From NCBI RefSeq assembly GCF_963921235.1, contig NC_086107.1:109990001-110054000 (forward strand): 64,000 nucleotides of DNA, read 5' to 3'. The translations under genes were made by a program, and so were the position numbers. Source of the stretch: Mobula hypostoma. Lineage: Eukaryota. Of the stretch, positions 26,651 to 38,589 are shown piece by piece (the first letter of the stretch is position 1; every line of letters starts with the position of its first letter). The notes beneath the pieces are model-generated. The model was not told the origin of the DNA. It saw only the letters and a program-made list of their open reading frames with translations, and did no database searches.

Positions 26651-28693
26651 TTTCTGTCATTTGATCTAAGATAGTTGGAGAGTTTGGTGGGGTTTTTAAA
26701 AAAAGGGCCGAGAAGACATAAAATTTAGCAGAATTAGGCCATTCAACCTCGTTCTCCTGCCTTCTCGCCATAAATCTTTGCAATTCTCTATTCTGAGGTT
26801 CTGTCTTCTGGTCCTAGACTCCCCCACTACAGGAAACATCCTCTCCATACCGACATTATCTAGGCCTTTCAATATTCAATAGCTTTCAATGGGAATCAGA
26901 TTTAATATCACCAGCGTATGTCATGGAATTTGTTAACTTTGCGGCAACAATACAATGCGATACATAATAATAGAGAAAATGAATGAATAGTTAAATTAGG
27001 TAAGTAGTACAAAACAATAGAAATAAAAAGTAGTGAAGTAGATCCCCCATGACTGAAGACACTAGCAGCTGTGATGCCCCCCCAGCAGAGCAGCCATTTA
27101 TTTGATGTTAGGACTCACAAAAGCAACATTTAGGCAAAATATTATTGATTGACAGCATCACCGTGCCAACACCGTGGTGAGGGAAGTTGGATTAACCGGA
27201 ACATTTTGCTTAGAACACTTATGTTTGTGATTGTTGAGCATAATTAATAAAGGACCTTAAATGATGAAAATTAGGGTGGGCAATCACAAAGGGATATCCT
27301 GAAATCTGTGCTGCGAGAGGGCACCTCTCACCTACTTCCAAAATAAGACTTCTCTGAGGTTACTGCATATGGGTCAACGTAAAAAATACATGAATGTAAT
27401 GAAGTGATCATGTCACAGACTAGAGAGCTCACGAACTGTTCAATCTGGCCAATGTTCCTTAGTTCTTAGAAGGCAATGACTAAGTTGGTGCTGTTAAGTG
27501 TGCCTTTTTAAAAAATTTATATTCAAACAGGAATTTTGAAGCTGCCCAAATAGCTATTAGAGAAAAAAAGCGCCGTAAGTTAGTCCCAGACTCAATTCCC
27601 CATATGCTTTGAATTAGTTGAAGTTACTTGGAGCAGTAGATGCATAACGAAGCAAAGCGTTCACAGTAACAGGCTCACACCAAGCTGCTATTTGCTCCAC
27701 AATCCAAAGACCCGCAAAGTGCACAGACCAGAATGACTTGGAAAGCTACTGCAAAGGAGAGGGAGCAGAAAGAGCGAAAACTGATGTTACCTCCCAAAAC
27801 ATTTATCCAGATAGATGACCTTACAAAATTCTCGGTTCAACAACGTGACCACAGCATAACCAAGACAGGTAAATATAACTGATTTCAGCTAAGTCATCAC
27901 TGTAAACAAGACATGACCATGCCATAACTTATATGGGAAAAGGGGAAAAATTCCGAACTCTAATGTACTGCCAGTTTGAATACTGGTGAAGGGTCTCGAA
28001 CTTTTTATTCTCATTCATAGATGCTGCCTGACCTGCTGAGTTCCTCCAACACTGTGTGTACTGGAAAGGTTTACATCAGCCTAACAGTGATGGAGTATTA
28101 TCAGCATTCTCACAGATGCCTTTGTGAGGGAGATAGGATGAAACACGAGGTGAACTAAGAAAGAAGAAGCATTATGTACAAAATTCTCTCAGGCTAGACA
28201 GAATAGTCTAGATTAGAGGAAGCTGTCCTGGAAAGAGGGCCACAATCTCAGGATATAGGTTAATACGTTTACATGCCAGATGAGGAGAATTTCAAAAGGT
28301 GGAAATGTCTACCACAGAAAGTGGTGGGTGGCAAGTTTGAGGTAGGTAGATTAGTAGACAAAAGGTACCACTGATATTGGAGCAGGAATGTAACAGACAT
28401 AGAACAGCAATCATACTAAACACTGTAGCAAACTCAAAGAGCTGAATGACCTATTTCTCCTGCTCACACATAACAAATGTCAAAGAGCAGATGGGTGGTC
28501 TGGAGTAAAACTAAAAAAACTTCTAAAGGATGAATGTTGGTTCTTCTACACCCACAAGTTTCTCCAAACTTAACTACGACAGCACTCAGTGTTCCCTTCT
28601 AGAAGTACACTAAAATTAATAATTCAGTCCCCAATTATTCAGAAATCCCTATGGTTTGCTATTTGCCTCACTGGTTTCTTGTGCTCCTTTCAA

Positions 28694-29265
28694 CTCACCA
28701 GGGGCCTCACTCCCCACTCCCTCTTCACACTCACCAAGGGTCCCCACTCCCCCTTCACACTCACCAGGGCCCCCAATCCCCCTTCACACTCACCAGGGTC
28801 CCCACTCCCCCTTCACACTCACCAGGGTCCCCACTCCCCCTTCACACTCACCAGGGCCCTCGCTCCCCACTCCCCCTTCACACTCACCAAGGGCCCCCAA
28901 TCCCCCTTCACACTCACCAGGGGCCCCACTCCCCCTTCACACTCACCAGGGGCCCCACTCCCCCTTCACACTCACCAGGGCCCTCGCTCCCCACTCCCCC
29001 TTCACACTCACCAAGGGCCCCCAATCCCCCTTCACACTCACCAGGGGCCCCACTCCCCCTTCACACTCACCAGGGCCCTCGCTCCCCCTTCACACAAACC
29101 AGGGAGCCCACTCCCCACTCCCCCTTCACACTCACCAGGGGCCCCACTCCCCCTTCACACTCACCAGGGCCCTCGCTCCCCCTTCACACACACCAGGGCC
29201 CTCGCTCCCCCTTCACACACACCAGGGCCCTCGCTCCCCACTCCCCCTTCACACTCACCAGGGGC
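28694..29265. repeat. C-rich minisatellite with units of about 27-35 bp
   Basis: About 19 variants of CCCACTCCCCCTTCACACTCACCAGGG, with higher-order repetition of unit variants. Confidence 0.95.
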
Positions 29266-29327
29266 AGATTCTCAAGTGAAAACTCTATAGCATTCATGTA
29301 TTTGACACATCAAAGTCAACCCAAGGC

Positions 29328-29760
29328 AGGTTCAGTACCCCTTATCCGAAATTCCAAAATCCAGAAACCTCCGAAATTTTTTGAGTGCTGACGTGATGTC
29401 ACAAATGGAAAATTCCACAAGTTGCTGGGAAGATTCCCAGGCGACGTACAGGTCCCTGTGCACCACAGACAGTTCTGAAAAGTGACCTCACATATGTAAT
29501 GAACATAAGTTAATGAAAAATAGAAAAGCACTGCATAAAGTGAGAAATGAAGATGTCAATCGTGTCTTGAAAGAATGAATTCATAGACCTGAGTGAACAG
29601 ATGCTGATCATGAAACAACCAAAGATCACAATGAACTGAAAATTGAAGATAGTGAAAATTCAGCAGACTGGCAGCAGAAATTCAAGAAAAAGCATATTAT
29701 ATGATAGAGGGGAAAGAATATTCCAGAATAAAAATTTCCTATCATTTCAGACACAAGCAC
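29328..29760 (+). mobile_element. Tigger/pogo-like remnant
   Basis: CAGGTTCAGTACCCCTTATCCGAAA terminus and a decayed CENP-B-like HTH fragment (..SADWQQKFKKKH..). Confidence 0.5.
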
Positions 29761-30707
29761 TTTAAAAAATGAGGGTTAAAAAATTTTATTTGTAAATATT
29801 ACAACTAGTGAAATAGTTCACCAGGGTCACCTTCAATTTTCCCGAACTAGAAATACCATACATTACAAAATAGGTATTTTAAAAATTATATACTTTTTGT
29901 TGAACAAAAATTATATACTTTTTGTTGATCAGAACTTAAATTCACTCTTAAAGCCAACTGTTACAAAAAAAATCCACTATTTTAATACCCAGTCCCCGCA
30001 CAAAAAAAGGCCAAATCAATTCACATTTAAAAGCAAATTATGAGAAACAAAATATTTAATTAGATTTCCCTAATTTTTAGTCTCATGCAAAAGTTGCATA
30101 CGGTAACAGAGGTGAGATAATTACGACGAATGAAGAACGTGTGCACATGCATAGGGAACAAATAAAAAGCATGCGTTATTTTAAAAAACACACACACACA
30201 CACTTCCTCGGCTTAATCTTGCAAGAGGAATTACATTATTTTAAAAAAAACTCCTCTCGCAAGTGCAAACAAAGTCAGAAGACTGTGTAAAAGTGAAAAT
30301 AAACTGCAATACTGTTTATTAATTCTGACTGTTTCTTGGAGGTGCATCCCAGTTGCGTGCGGGGTCGGGGGAGGGGAGGGAGGAAAGCAGTTTTTTTTCA
30401 AAAACAGGCTTCCCTCTCCAGCGCGAAAGGATCATTCTGCCAGTGAGCAGAGCCTCCCTCCTGCACCCAGATGACCAGGAGCAGATCAGCCCAAACCCTA
30501 TCCCGGCTGCTGGGCAGATCTTCCCCCCATCCCATCCCGCCGCTCCCGGGGCCTGCGGCTGCGCCTCCCCACAGGACACAATGATGATGGGGGGGGTTAA
30601 TCTACCCACACACACCGTCCCTACAGCCACGCCCCAGACTGGCGGAGGAGGAGGGGGGGTGAGAGGAAGGCCGGATGGCTGTCGCTTCGCCGGCGCCCGT
30701 GCTTTAC

Positions 30708-30960
30708 CTGGTGCGGTGTCGGCGGGTGTCGGAGCGGCGGCCCGGGCCTGTCCTGGTATCTCCCCTCCCGCTCCCGGCTCCTCATTCACATCCACAGAAC
30801 AACAAGGGACTGCTGCAACATGGCGCCGCCAGGACCCCGCCACCCCGTCAGGACCCCGAGCTGGACACCCACCGCCTGTCGCCAACCCGCACACTCAAAA
30901 AAACCCTCCTCCTCCCGGAACTGCCGCCGCTCCCTTCCCTCTCTGCGCGGCGAACGTCGT
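30708..30960 (-). other. Probable first (5' UTR) exon of an unidentified divergent gene; 5' boundary approximate
   Basis: The minus strand reads ...GCACCAG|GTAAAG at 30708/30707 inside the CpG island, followed by G-rich intron-like sequence. No recognisable protein. Confidence 0.55.
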
Positions 30961-31384
30961 CCCTGCACAATTTTGCAAAGCGCCACGTATTATCGCGATT
31001 ATCTTCTGGTAATAAAACTGTGGGAAAAAAAAGATAGGTTTTCATTTTTTTTGGCGGGGGGAGACAGAAAGAGAAAATTCAGGCGCGTGTTTCGCTACCT
31101 AAAAGAGGGAATCTCAAACCGGTTGGAGCCGGTTTTGTCCGGACCCGGTTTGAAAAAAAACTGTTACGGGCCGCTTCCTGCTGGCGCTTTCTGTAGGTTT
31201 TACCTTATATATTATATATATTTACATATATGTTGGTTTTGTAAACTAAGGAAATAAAATCCCTCCCCCCCCCACCTGAATAAAACGACGGGAGAAAGGG
31301 CAGGGAATATTCTAGAAGTCGCCACATGGCGTCACTGGGGTGCAACGGTGACGTCATTGGTTTAAACATGCAAACCTCTTTAAA

Positions 31385-31410
31385 ATGGAAGCGGGAATAA
31401 TTGGGTCCTC
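31385..31410 (+). CDS. MPST: Candidate short first coding exon of a long MPST isoform
   Basis: ATG at 31385 (AAAATGG) in the CpG island and a GTGAGT donor at 31411. Joining to the CAG acceptor at 50359-50361 gives 26+19=45 nt in frame with the ATG at 50381: MEAGIIGSSEGGEGA-MALVRS. Inferred; no transcript evidence. Confidence 0.55.
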
Positions 31411-31756
31411 GTGAGTGAGGGTGGGGCTGTAGGAGGGGAGAGGTAGCGCCCAAGGGTGGCATTGGTGGTGAGATGGAATTTCCATCAGTGGCATTGGGTG
31501 GTGTTTCCATTCAAATGCCTAGCATTGGGTAGGAATGGCATACATTTGGGTGATACCAGGTGGGTGGGATTTAAATTGGTACCACTATGTGTGGCGGGGG
31601 GGGGAGGGTGGAGTGCCCATAGATGGCATTAAAGTGAGATGGATTCCAATGAGTTGGCATTGGGCAGGGATGGAGATCTCTGGGTGGTATCAGTTGTGTG
31701 GATGGGTGACAGGTGGGGATGGTGTTCTGTGGGTGGTATTGTGTGGAAGGGTGTCA

Positions 31757-32252
31757 CAGACATCCCAACCTGCAAAGAATCATTCCAGGGAGGTAGCACC
31801 ATCAATTTGCGGGAGACTCCTGGAACTTCCGGGAGAGGTGGGATGTCTGCAATAGAGTAGCTCCTTAGCAGCTAGCCAGCTAGTTTAAATAATGTTAGCT
31901 ATGCTAATGAACGAATGACACCTATTAAACTCACCTCAACAAGTCTTTTACATTTTAACCCACCATGGGCAACAGAAAAGTCACTGTTGAACAACACTGT
32001 CATTATTTTTGACCCCTATTAGGCAGGGGTCTTTAGTGTAGTCTGGGGTGATGTACGTTTTATATTTTCTTTTTTTGAAACACTTTGCCATGGCACTCTC
32101 TCTCTCTTGCTTGCCCTCGTGCTTTCTTTTGCTCTCATGCTCGCTCTAAACAAAAATCAATTTCTGGGATATCGTATATAATTTGTGGGCATCAGGGAAC
32201 CACTATCAATATGCGGGAGACTCCCAGAACTTCCGGAGAGGTGGGATGTCTG
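31757..32252. mobile_element. MITE with a duplicated right end
   Basis: Terminal inverted repeat CAGACATCCCA / TGGGATGTCTG. The ~55 bp right end occurs twice (about 31795-31850 and 32197-32252). Confidence 0.6.
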
Positions 32253-32297
32253 GTGACATTAAGTGAGGATGGTGTTCTATGGGTGGTATTGTGTGGA

Positions 32298-35200
32298 CAG
32301 TAATAGTGACCATAACCCAGTAGTATGTCATGTAAAAGTAAAACTTAAAAATCTAAAGAAGCAAAAACCTGAACAATTCCTTGACTGCTTGCAATTAATT
32401 CAAGAAGAAAACTTAAGACAAAAATTTACAATTGAAGTAAGGAATAGATTTCAAAGTCTAGAAATAGAATCTGTTGAAGATGATAACAATCATGTAGAAA
32501 TGAAATTTAACTCTCTAAAGGATGCCTTGGTAGAATCAGCAAAGTCAGTGATTCCTAAAAAAGAAAAAAGCACAAAGAATAAATGGATGACAGATGAAAT
32601 CAAAAATCTAATGGAAGAAAGGAGACGGAAGAAAGGAAATCCTATAGAATTTGTCCTTAGATAAAAAAGTTAAAAGCTTATGTCAAAAAGCCAAAGAAGA
32701 GTGGTTAAACCAGGAATGTGAGCAAATAGAAAGAATCCCTATAACTGATCCAAAAAGGTTACATCAACAAATCCAAGAATATCACTGGTAAAAAGCTCCT
32801 CTGTTCTTTAGGTGGATGTATGAAAGCAAAGGACGGTACCATTATCATGGAAAAAGATGAGGTTATGAACAGATGGAATGAGTATATTTAGCAATTGTTT
32901 GAAGACGATCGAGGCGAAAAACCAGAAATTAAGAAAAACATTGAAGGTCCAAGTATTTTAAAATCTGAAGTTCGTAATGCAATAAATAAGAAGAAGAATG
33001 AAAGGCGGCAGGTCCTGATGAATTAGTAATAGAACAAATTATTGCCCGTAAAGATTATGGAATTGAAAAACTTACTGATTTAATCAATGACATTTATGAG
33101 ACTGGAATAATACCAGAAGTGTCATGGTCCAGTCTGTGAAATCCACATTCCGGTTCACGGTCTGGTCCAAGCTCCTTATTCCAGGTTTTCCAGTTTTCCC
33201 CAGTTTCCGTTGAGGCAGCTGATTCTCATTTTGGCTGGCTTCATAAATACCTTCAGGATTCAGCCTCTGGCTGCTGGATTGTTCCTGTCCAAACCCCCTG
33301 TCTGAGTCCCTTCCCCTTCCTTCTGTTGCCTCACCTGAAGATTTGCCTCGCCTCACCTTGCTTTGCCTTGTCTGAAGCCTCACCTTGCCTGCACTGCTGA
33401 CAAGTTCCATCACTAGAGCAAGATAAGGAACTGTCGATCATTGTTTTGAACTGTCTCTGTGTCCACGCCTTTGCTAGGTACGTCTGGCCATTTGCCGCCA
33501 CCTAGTGTTGGGATTTGTCTTTGTGTCCTCGCCTTCGTTAGGTAGGTCCGGCTGTTTGCCACTACCTAGTGTTGGGAACCGTATGTATCCACACTTTTGC
33601 TAGGTGGGTCTGGCCGTCTGCCGCTGCCTTGTGTTGGGAGCCATCTCGTTGTATTCTGCATTCTGTGTATGAGTCCCGGACCTACATCCTGTTTCCAAGG
33701 AGGGGGTCCCAGCGCTGTGTTTCATGTTCCTCTCTCTCCCTCAACCAAGGCTCTGCGTTCCTGTCTCTCCCTCGACCAAGGCTCTGCGTTCTTGTCTCTC
33801 CCTCAACCAAGTCAAGGCTTCGGGGTCTCGTCCAGTCCTAGCCACGATCCAAGAACCTTGTCCTGTCCTAGCTACGGCTTTGTGTTCTTGTCTTGTCCAT
33901 GTGTCTGGCCCAGCCCAGGAGTACCTTGCCCAGCCCGGTGCTGGGGTTCCCTTGTCCTGTCCAGGAGTCTCATGTCCAGTCCTGTTGCCACGCCTCATCT
34001 TGGAGCCATGTCTTGTCCTCACCTAGTTCTGGAGACCGAGCCCGAGTTAAGTCTCAGGTCCTGGGTCCTTGCCCAGTCTCTGGCTCGGAGTCCATACCCA
34101 AGCCATGTCCAGTCCTGTAGCTACGTCATGTCCTCACCTAGTTCCGGGGTCCGAGCTCGAGTCAAGACCTAGGTTCTGGTCCTTGTCCAGTCTCTGGCTC
34201 GGAGTCCAAGCCCAGGCTCCTAGTTCCCAGTTCCATGTCCTGGTTCTGCTATCCTAGTCAAGTCCTAGCCCTGGCCCTGTATCTTTGTCTCGTCCAGGGC
34301 CTGTTCATGTCCAGCATCCTTTCTTCCCCACTTCCCTTGCTTGCTTAACTCTAGTCCTAGTCCTGTTCCTGGTACTTCAGTGTCTGTGTCTTGCATTTGG
34401 GTCCACTCCTAGCACCCCCCCCTTATGACAAGAAGAGATGAAAAAAACAGAATTTATCACGTTTTCCTAAGAAAGCTGGAGCAATAGAATGTGAATGACA
34501 TAGGACCGTAAGTTTAATGAGTCATATTACCAAGATACTTTTAAGAATTTTGATGACAAGAGCTAAAAGTAAGATACAAGCTGAAATAGGCGAAGAACAA
34601 TGTGGTTTTGTGAAAGACAAAGGTACAAGAAACACAATATTGATGTTAAGGATACTATCAGAACGAGCTATTCAAGTGCAAAAACGTTTGTTTGTTTTGT
34701 TGACTACACAAAAGCATTTGATAAAGTGAAGCACAGTAAGTTATTTGAAATATTACAGAAAACTCTAGATCTAGATTTGAAAGACCTCCGCCTAATCAGA
34801 AATCTGTACTGGGAACAAACTGCCACTGTAAGAATAGTCAGTTTACGAACATCAAGAGAGGCGTTGGACAAGGGAGTGTTTTCTCCCCTGATATATTTAA
34901 TGTGTACAGTGAAACAATATTACAAAAAATAAGAAACATCTTGGGAATCAAAGTTGGCGGTGAAAACATCAATAATTTTAGATATGCAGATGACACTGTG
35001 TTAATTGCAAGTACGGAAGAAGAACTACAAAACTTAATTGATATAATTGTTGAAGAAAGTGCAAAAATGGGTCTAACTATCAATTGCAAAAAGTCAGAAT
35101 GTATGGTGATATCCAAAAAGAAGGAGAATCCTATCTGCAGGCTGAAAATAAATGGGGAAGACATAAAACAAGTAAAGAACGTTTGCTACTTAGGAAGCTG

Positions 35201-35771
35201 GGTGACATCAGATGGTAAGTGCGACTTGGACATCAAAGGAAGAATAGGGATGGCAAAAGACACCTTTACAAGAATGAAGAGTGTACTGACCAATACTAAA
35301 CTAGGCTTGATAACCTGCCTCAGAGTACTGAAATGTTATGTTTATCCATTTATGTTATATGGCTCAGAATATTGGACAATATCTAGTAACATGAGGAAAT
35401 GAATTGTTGCAGCAGAGATGTGGTTTTTGAGGAGGATGCAAAGAATATTATGGACGAAACGAATATCTAACGAGGATGTCATGAACAGAGCAAACACAAA
35501 AAGAGAAATAATGTATGAGATCATGAAAAGGCAAAGTAACTTCATTGGACATGTGATTAGGAAAGAGGAGTTAGAATGCACGGTAATTATGGGAAAGATT
35601 GAAGGGAAGAAAGCAAGAGGAAGCCAAAGACAAATGATGATGGAGACAGCAGCCAGAGAATTGGAAATGAATACCAATGAATTGATCCACTTGACCCAAA
35701 ACAGGAATGTGTGGGCCATGGCAGTCAAAGCTTGAACTGGGCATGGCACCTGATGATGATGATGATGATGT
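32298..35771 (+). mobile_element. 5'-truncated RTE-clade LINE, disrupted
   Basis: Endonuclease end SDHNPVV; RT motifs FVDYTKAFD and FRYADDTVL; C-terminal IMGKIEGKKARG; (TGA)n tail at 35751-35770. 9-bp TSD TTGTGTGGA at 32289-32297 and 35772-35780. Stops and frameshifts present. Confidence 0.9.
33120..34430 (+). mobile_element. Solo LTR (Gypsy-like) nested in the RTE
   Basis: TGTCAT...ATGACA ends, 5-bp TSD AGAAG at 33115-33119 and 34431-34435, and internal duplications. The RTE frame resumes across it. Confidence 0.85.
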
Positions 35772-38589
35772 TTGTGTGGAAGGGTGACAGGTGGGGATGG
35801 TGTTCTGTGGGTGGCATTGGGTGGGAATGGAGATCTATGGGTGGTATGTGTGTGTGGATGGGTGACAGGTAGGAATGATCTTCCAATGGGTGACATCAGG
35901 TGAGGGTGGCATTACTTCAGTGCACAGTAGCAAAGCCAGCTAGCTGCTCCACCACAGCTCCAGTGATCTGTCAACGTATGTCATCACCTGCAACCCTGAG
36001 ATTCAATTTCTTGCAGGTATATACACAGTAAATCCGAGAAACACAATAGGATCAATGAAAGACTGCACCCAACAGGACTGACAAATGATCAATGTATAAA
36101 AGACAACAAACTGCAAATACAAAAAATAATAATAAAGGTAAATAAGTAAGCAATAAATATAGAGAACTTACCGAATGGTGAAAGGACTAGATAAGGTGGA
36201 TGTGGAGAGGATTTTTCCTATGGTGGAGGTATCTAGACCAGAGGGCATAGCCTCAAAATTGAGGGGTAACCTTTTAGAACAGAGGTAAGGAGGATTTTTT
36301 TTAGTCAGAATGTAGTGAATCTGTAGAATGCTCTGCCACAGACTGTGGTGGAGGCATATCCGTGAGTATATTTAAAGTGGAAGTTGATAGTTTCCTGATT
36401 GGTCAGAGCATCCAAGGATATGGTGAGAAGGCAGGTGTATGGGATTGAGTGGGATCTGGGCTCAGTCATGATGGATTAATGGAGCAGAATCGATGGACTG
36501 AATGGCCTAAATCTGCTCCTATGTCTTCTAGAGATGAAGAGTCCTTGAAAGTGAGTCCATATGTTGTGGGAACATTTCAGTTATGGGGTTAGTGAAGTTA
36601 TCCCTTTGGTTCAGGGTAATAAGTGTTCCTGAACATGGTGACATGGGTCCTTAGGCTCTTGTACCTTCTTCCTGATGCCAGCAGCAAACAGAGAGCATGT
36701 CCTGGATGGTCGGGGTCTTTGATGCCACTTTACTGTGACAGCACTCTGTGTAAATGTGATCAATATTGGGGACTGTTGTCTCTGTTGAGTTGTATGTTCT
36801 CCCTGTAACTGCAGGGATTCTCTCATAATCCTGGTTCTTGCAACATCCCAAAGACATGCAGATTGGTGGGTGTATTGACCACAATATATTGTCTGTAGTG
36901 TGTAAGTGGGTGGTAGAAATTCGGGGGAAGAATAGCTGCACGATCGGTGTTCAATTCCCACCACTGTCTGTAAGGAGCTTGTACGTTCTCCCTATGAGTG
37001 CATGGGTTTCCTCTGGGTGTTCTGGTTTTCTCCCACATTGTGAAGATGTACGAATTAGGGTTAGTAAATTATGAGCCTGCTATGGAGGCGCCAGAAGCAT
37101 GGAGGCACTTTGTGGCCTGCCCCAAGAACATCTCAGACTGTGTTGGTTGTTGACACAATCCATTTTCATGTATGTTTCAATGTACATGTGACAAATGAAG
37201 CTAATCTTTAAATCTAGAGTAAAACAACAACTCACATTTCTAACGATCTGGGTAGCGATGCTGGTATTCGTGAACAATAATATTCCTATTCCAGGCAGTG
37301 CTCATCTCAAACCTGCTTGAATCAAGTTAATTTAAAGGACTAATAGTGAAAGAAAATGCAGATTGGATGACTGCTTGGCAGAGCTCCTTCATTCAATCCT
37401 TAGGGGCAGTTCTGAGTTTCCAGTTGCCTGTCATTTTAATTTGCCTCCCTTTATGATTACGACTCCAATGAAGCTTGAGCAACAGGCTCCTTCTGTTGGG
37501 ACTTCTTGCAGCCCTCTCATCACTCTCTCCCCAGATACTGCCTGATCTACTGGATAGTTCCATCTTTCTCTTTTTCATTTGACCTGCTTTTGACAGCTTT
37601 TGCATTTAAGTTTCTCTTTAACAGCCCTCATTAATCTCACTTCATAAGAGCATTAAGGTTGCTTAAGGTAGTTATAGCCGGAGGTGGTAGTGGGGACAAG
37701 CTCCCACTCCGTATTAAATGCTCCCAATGGCATGCATCTCAAATAGCCCCTGACATCCAAGTCCAATTCCTGGTCTTCATGTGTGGCTTAGCCGTTTCTA
37801 CTGACAGGAGGAAGGGCAAAGGTGGGTTATTGGTGCCTTAAAACCAGTCGCTTCGAGCAGATGGGGCTCGTCAGCCATGGTTGGCAGCTCTGCTAGGAGA
37901 AGAAAAATTTTGATCTCGTACCTCTGCTGCCTTGTGGCTACATCCACTTATGGGAAAGACTTCGGGAGTGAACCCCGAGATACAGGGCTGGAGTCCCCAA
38001 GGCAGTCCTATGTTGAGTTCAATGCTGACTGACAACTCCTGCGACACTGCTGGTACCAAACTGTTTCGGTTTATGCCATTCTTTTAGGCTCATCAGATGT
38101 GTGGAAAGGTGAGCTTGCTACATGGGCAACAGCTTGCTCTCCATATTGTACTGCCCAGGCTTGTGTATCTAGACAGCTAGGATGCAACATCCATGATCAG
38201 CCCTGTCCAGAGGCCTCAGCTTTCAAGAGCATGACCTCGCTTGCTGCAGAGCATTACCATGGGCGCATACGATTAGATTTATTCCTTTTGTCCCATCCAT
38301 TCTGCCCAAATTTTCTGCAACTTGAAACTAATTCTTGTTTTGTTCTGATAACGAGACCTTGAAGTAAAATGTCAACACCTTCTCTCTTTCCACAAGATGC
38401 TGCCTGAGCTGTTAACCAGGTCCAACTTTTTTATTTTCACTCAGTTGGAGGTGATGCAAAGTCAGGCAGCGACTATGGAGAGAGAAACGGGTGATGTTTT
38501 AGATGTCAACCTGGAATTCAAAATCCAGTTTTTACAGGCAAAGCAGTGATTCACTTGCAATTCTTCCATTCTAGTCTACTTACTGCATT

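Larger units (their letters stand above)
30350..31420. promoter_or_regulatory. CpG island, probable bidirectional promoter
   Basis: Sharp rise in GC and CpG against an AT-rich, CpG-depleted background. Perfect CRE TGACGTCA at 31349-31356 overlapping ATTGG (CCAAT box) at 31356-31360. YY1-like ACATGGCG at about 30818 and 31324. ETS-like GGAAG cores at about 31174 and 31387. Outward-facing splice donors at 30707 (-) and 31411 (+). Confidence 0.8.

Noticed and set aside
28694..29265. CRISPR-like array
   Set aside because: Tandem units without unique spacers, no cas genes, and a eukaryotic context.
28589..29391. Three overlapping 207-246 aa ORFs
   Set aside because: They arise from the stop-free minisatellite; the repetitive peptides occur in all three frames.
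29881..29928. 23-bp direct repeat AAAAATTATATACTTTTTGTTGA
   Set aside because: Simple local tandem duplication with no further structure.
30319..31257. Long ORFs on both strands of the CpG island
   Set aside because: High GC content suppresses stop codons; there are no recognisable domains and the ORFs cross a splice donor.
31368..31400. Out-of-frame ATG (MQTSLKWKRE) overlapping the candidate MPST start
   Set aside because: It lies directly after the CRE/CCAAT motifs and may be upstream of the transcription start, so it cannot be supported as a uORF.
33569..34257. ORFs inside the LTR
   Set aside because: Low-complexity duplicated LTR sequence with no gag or pol motifs.
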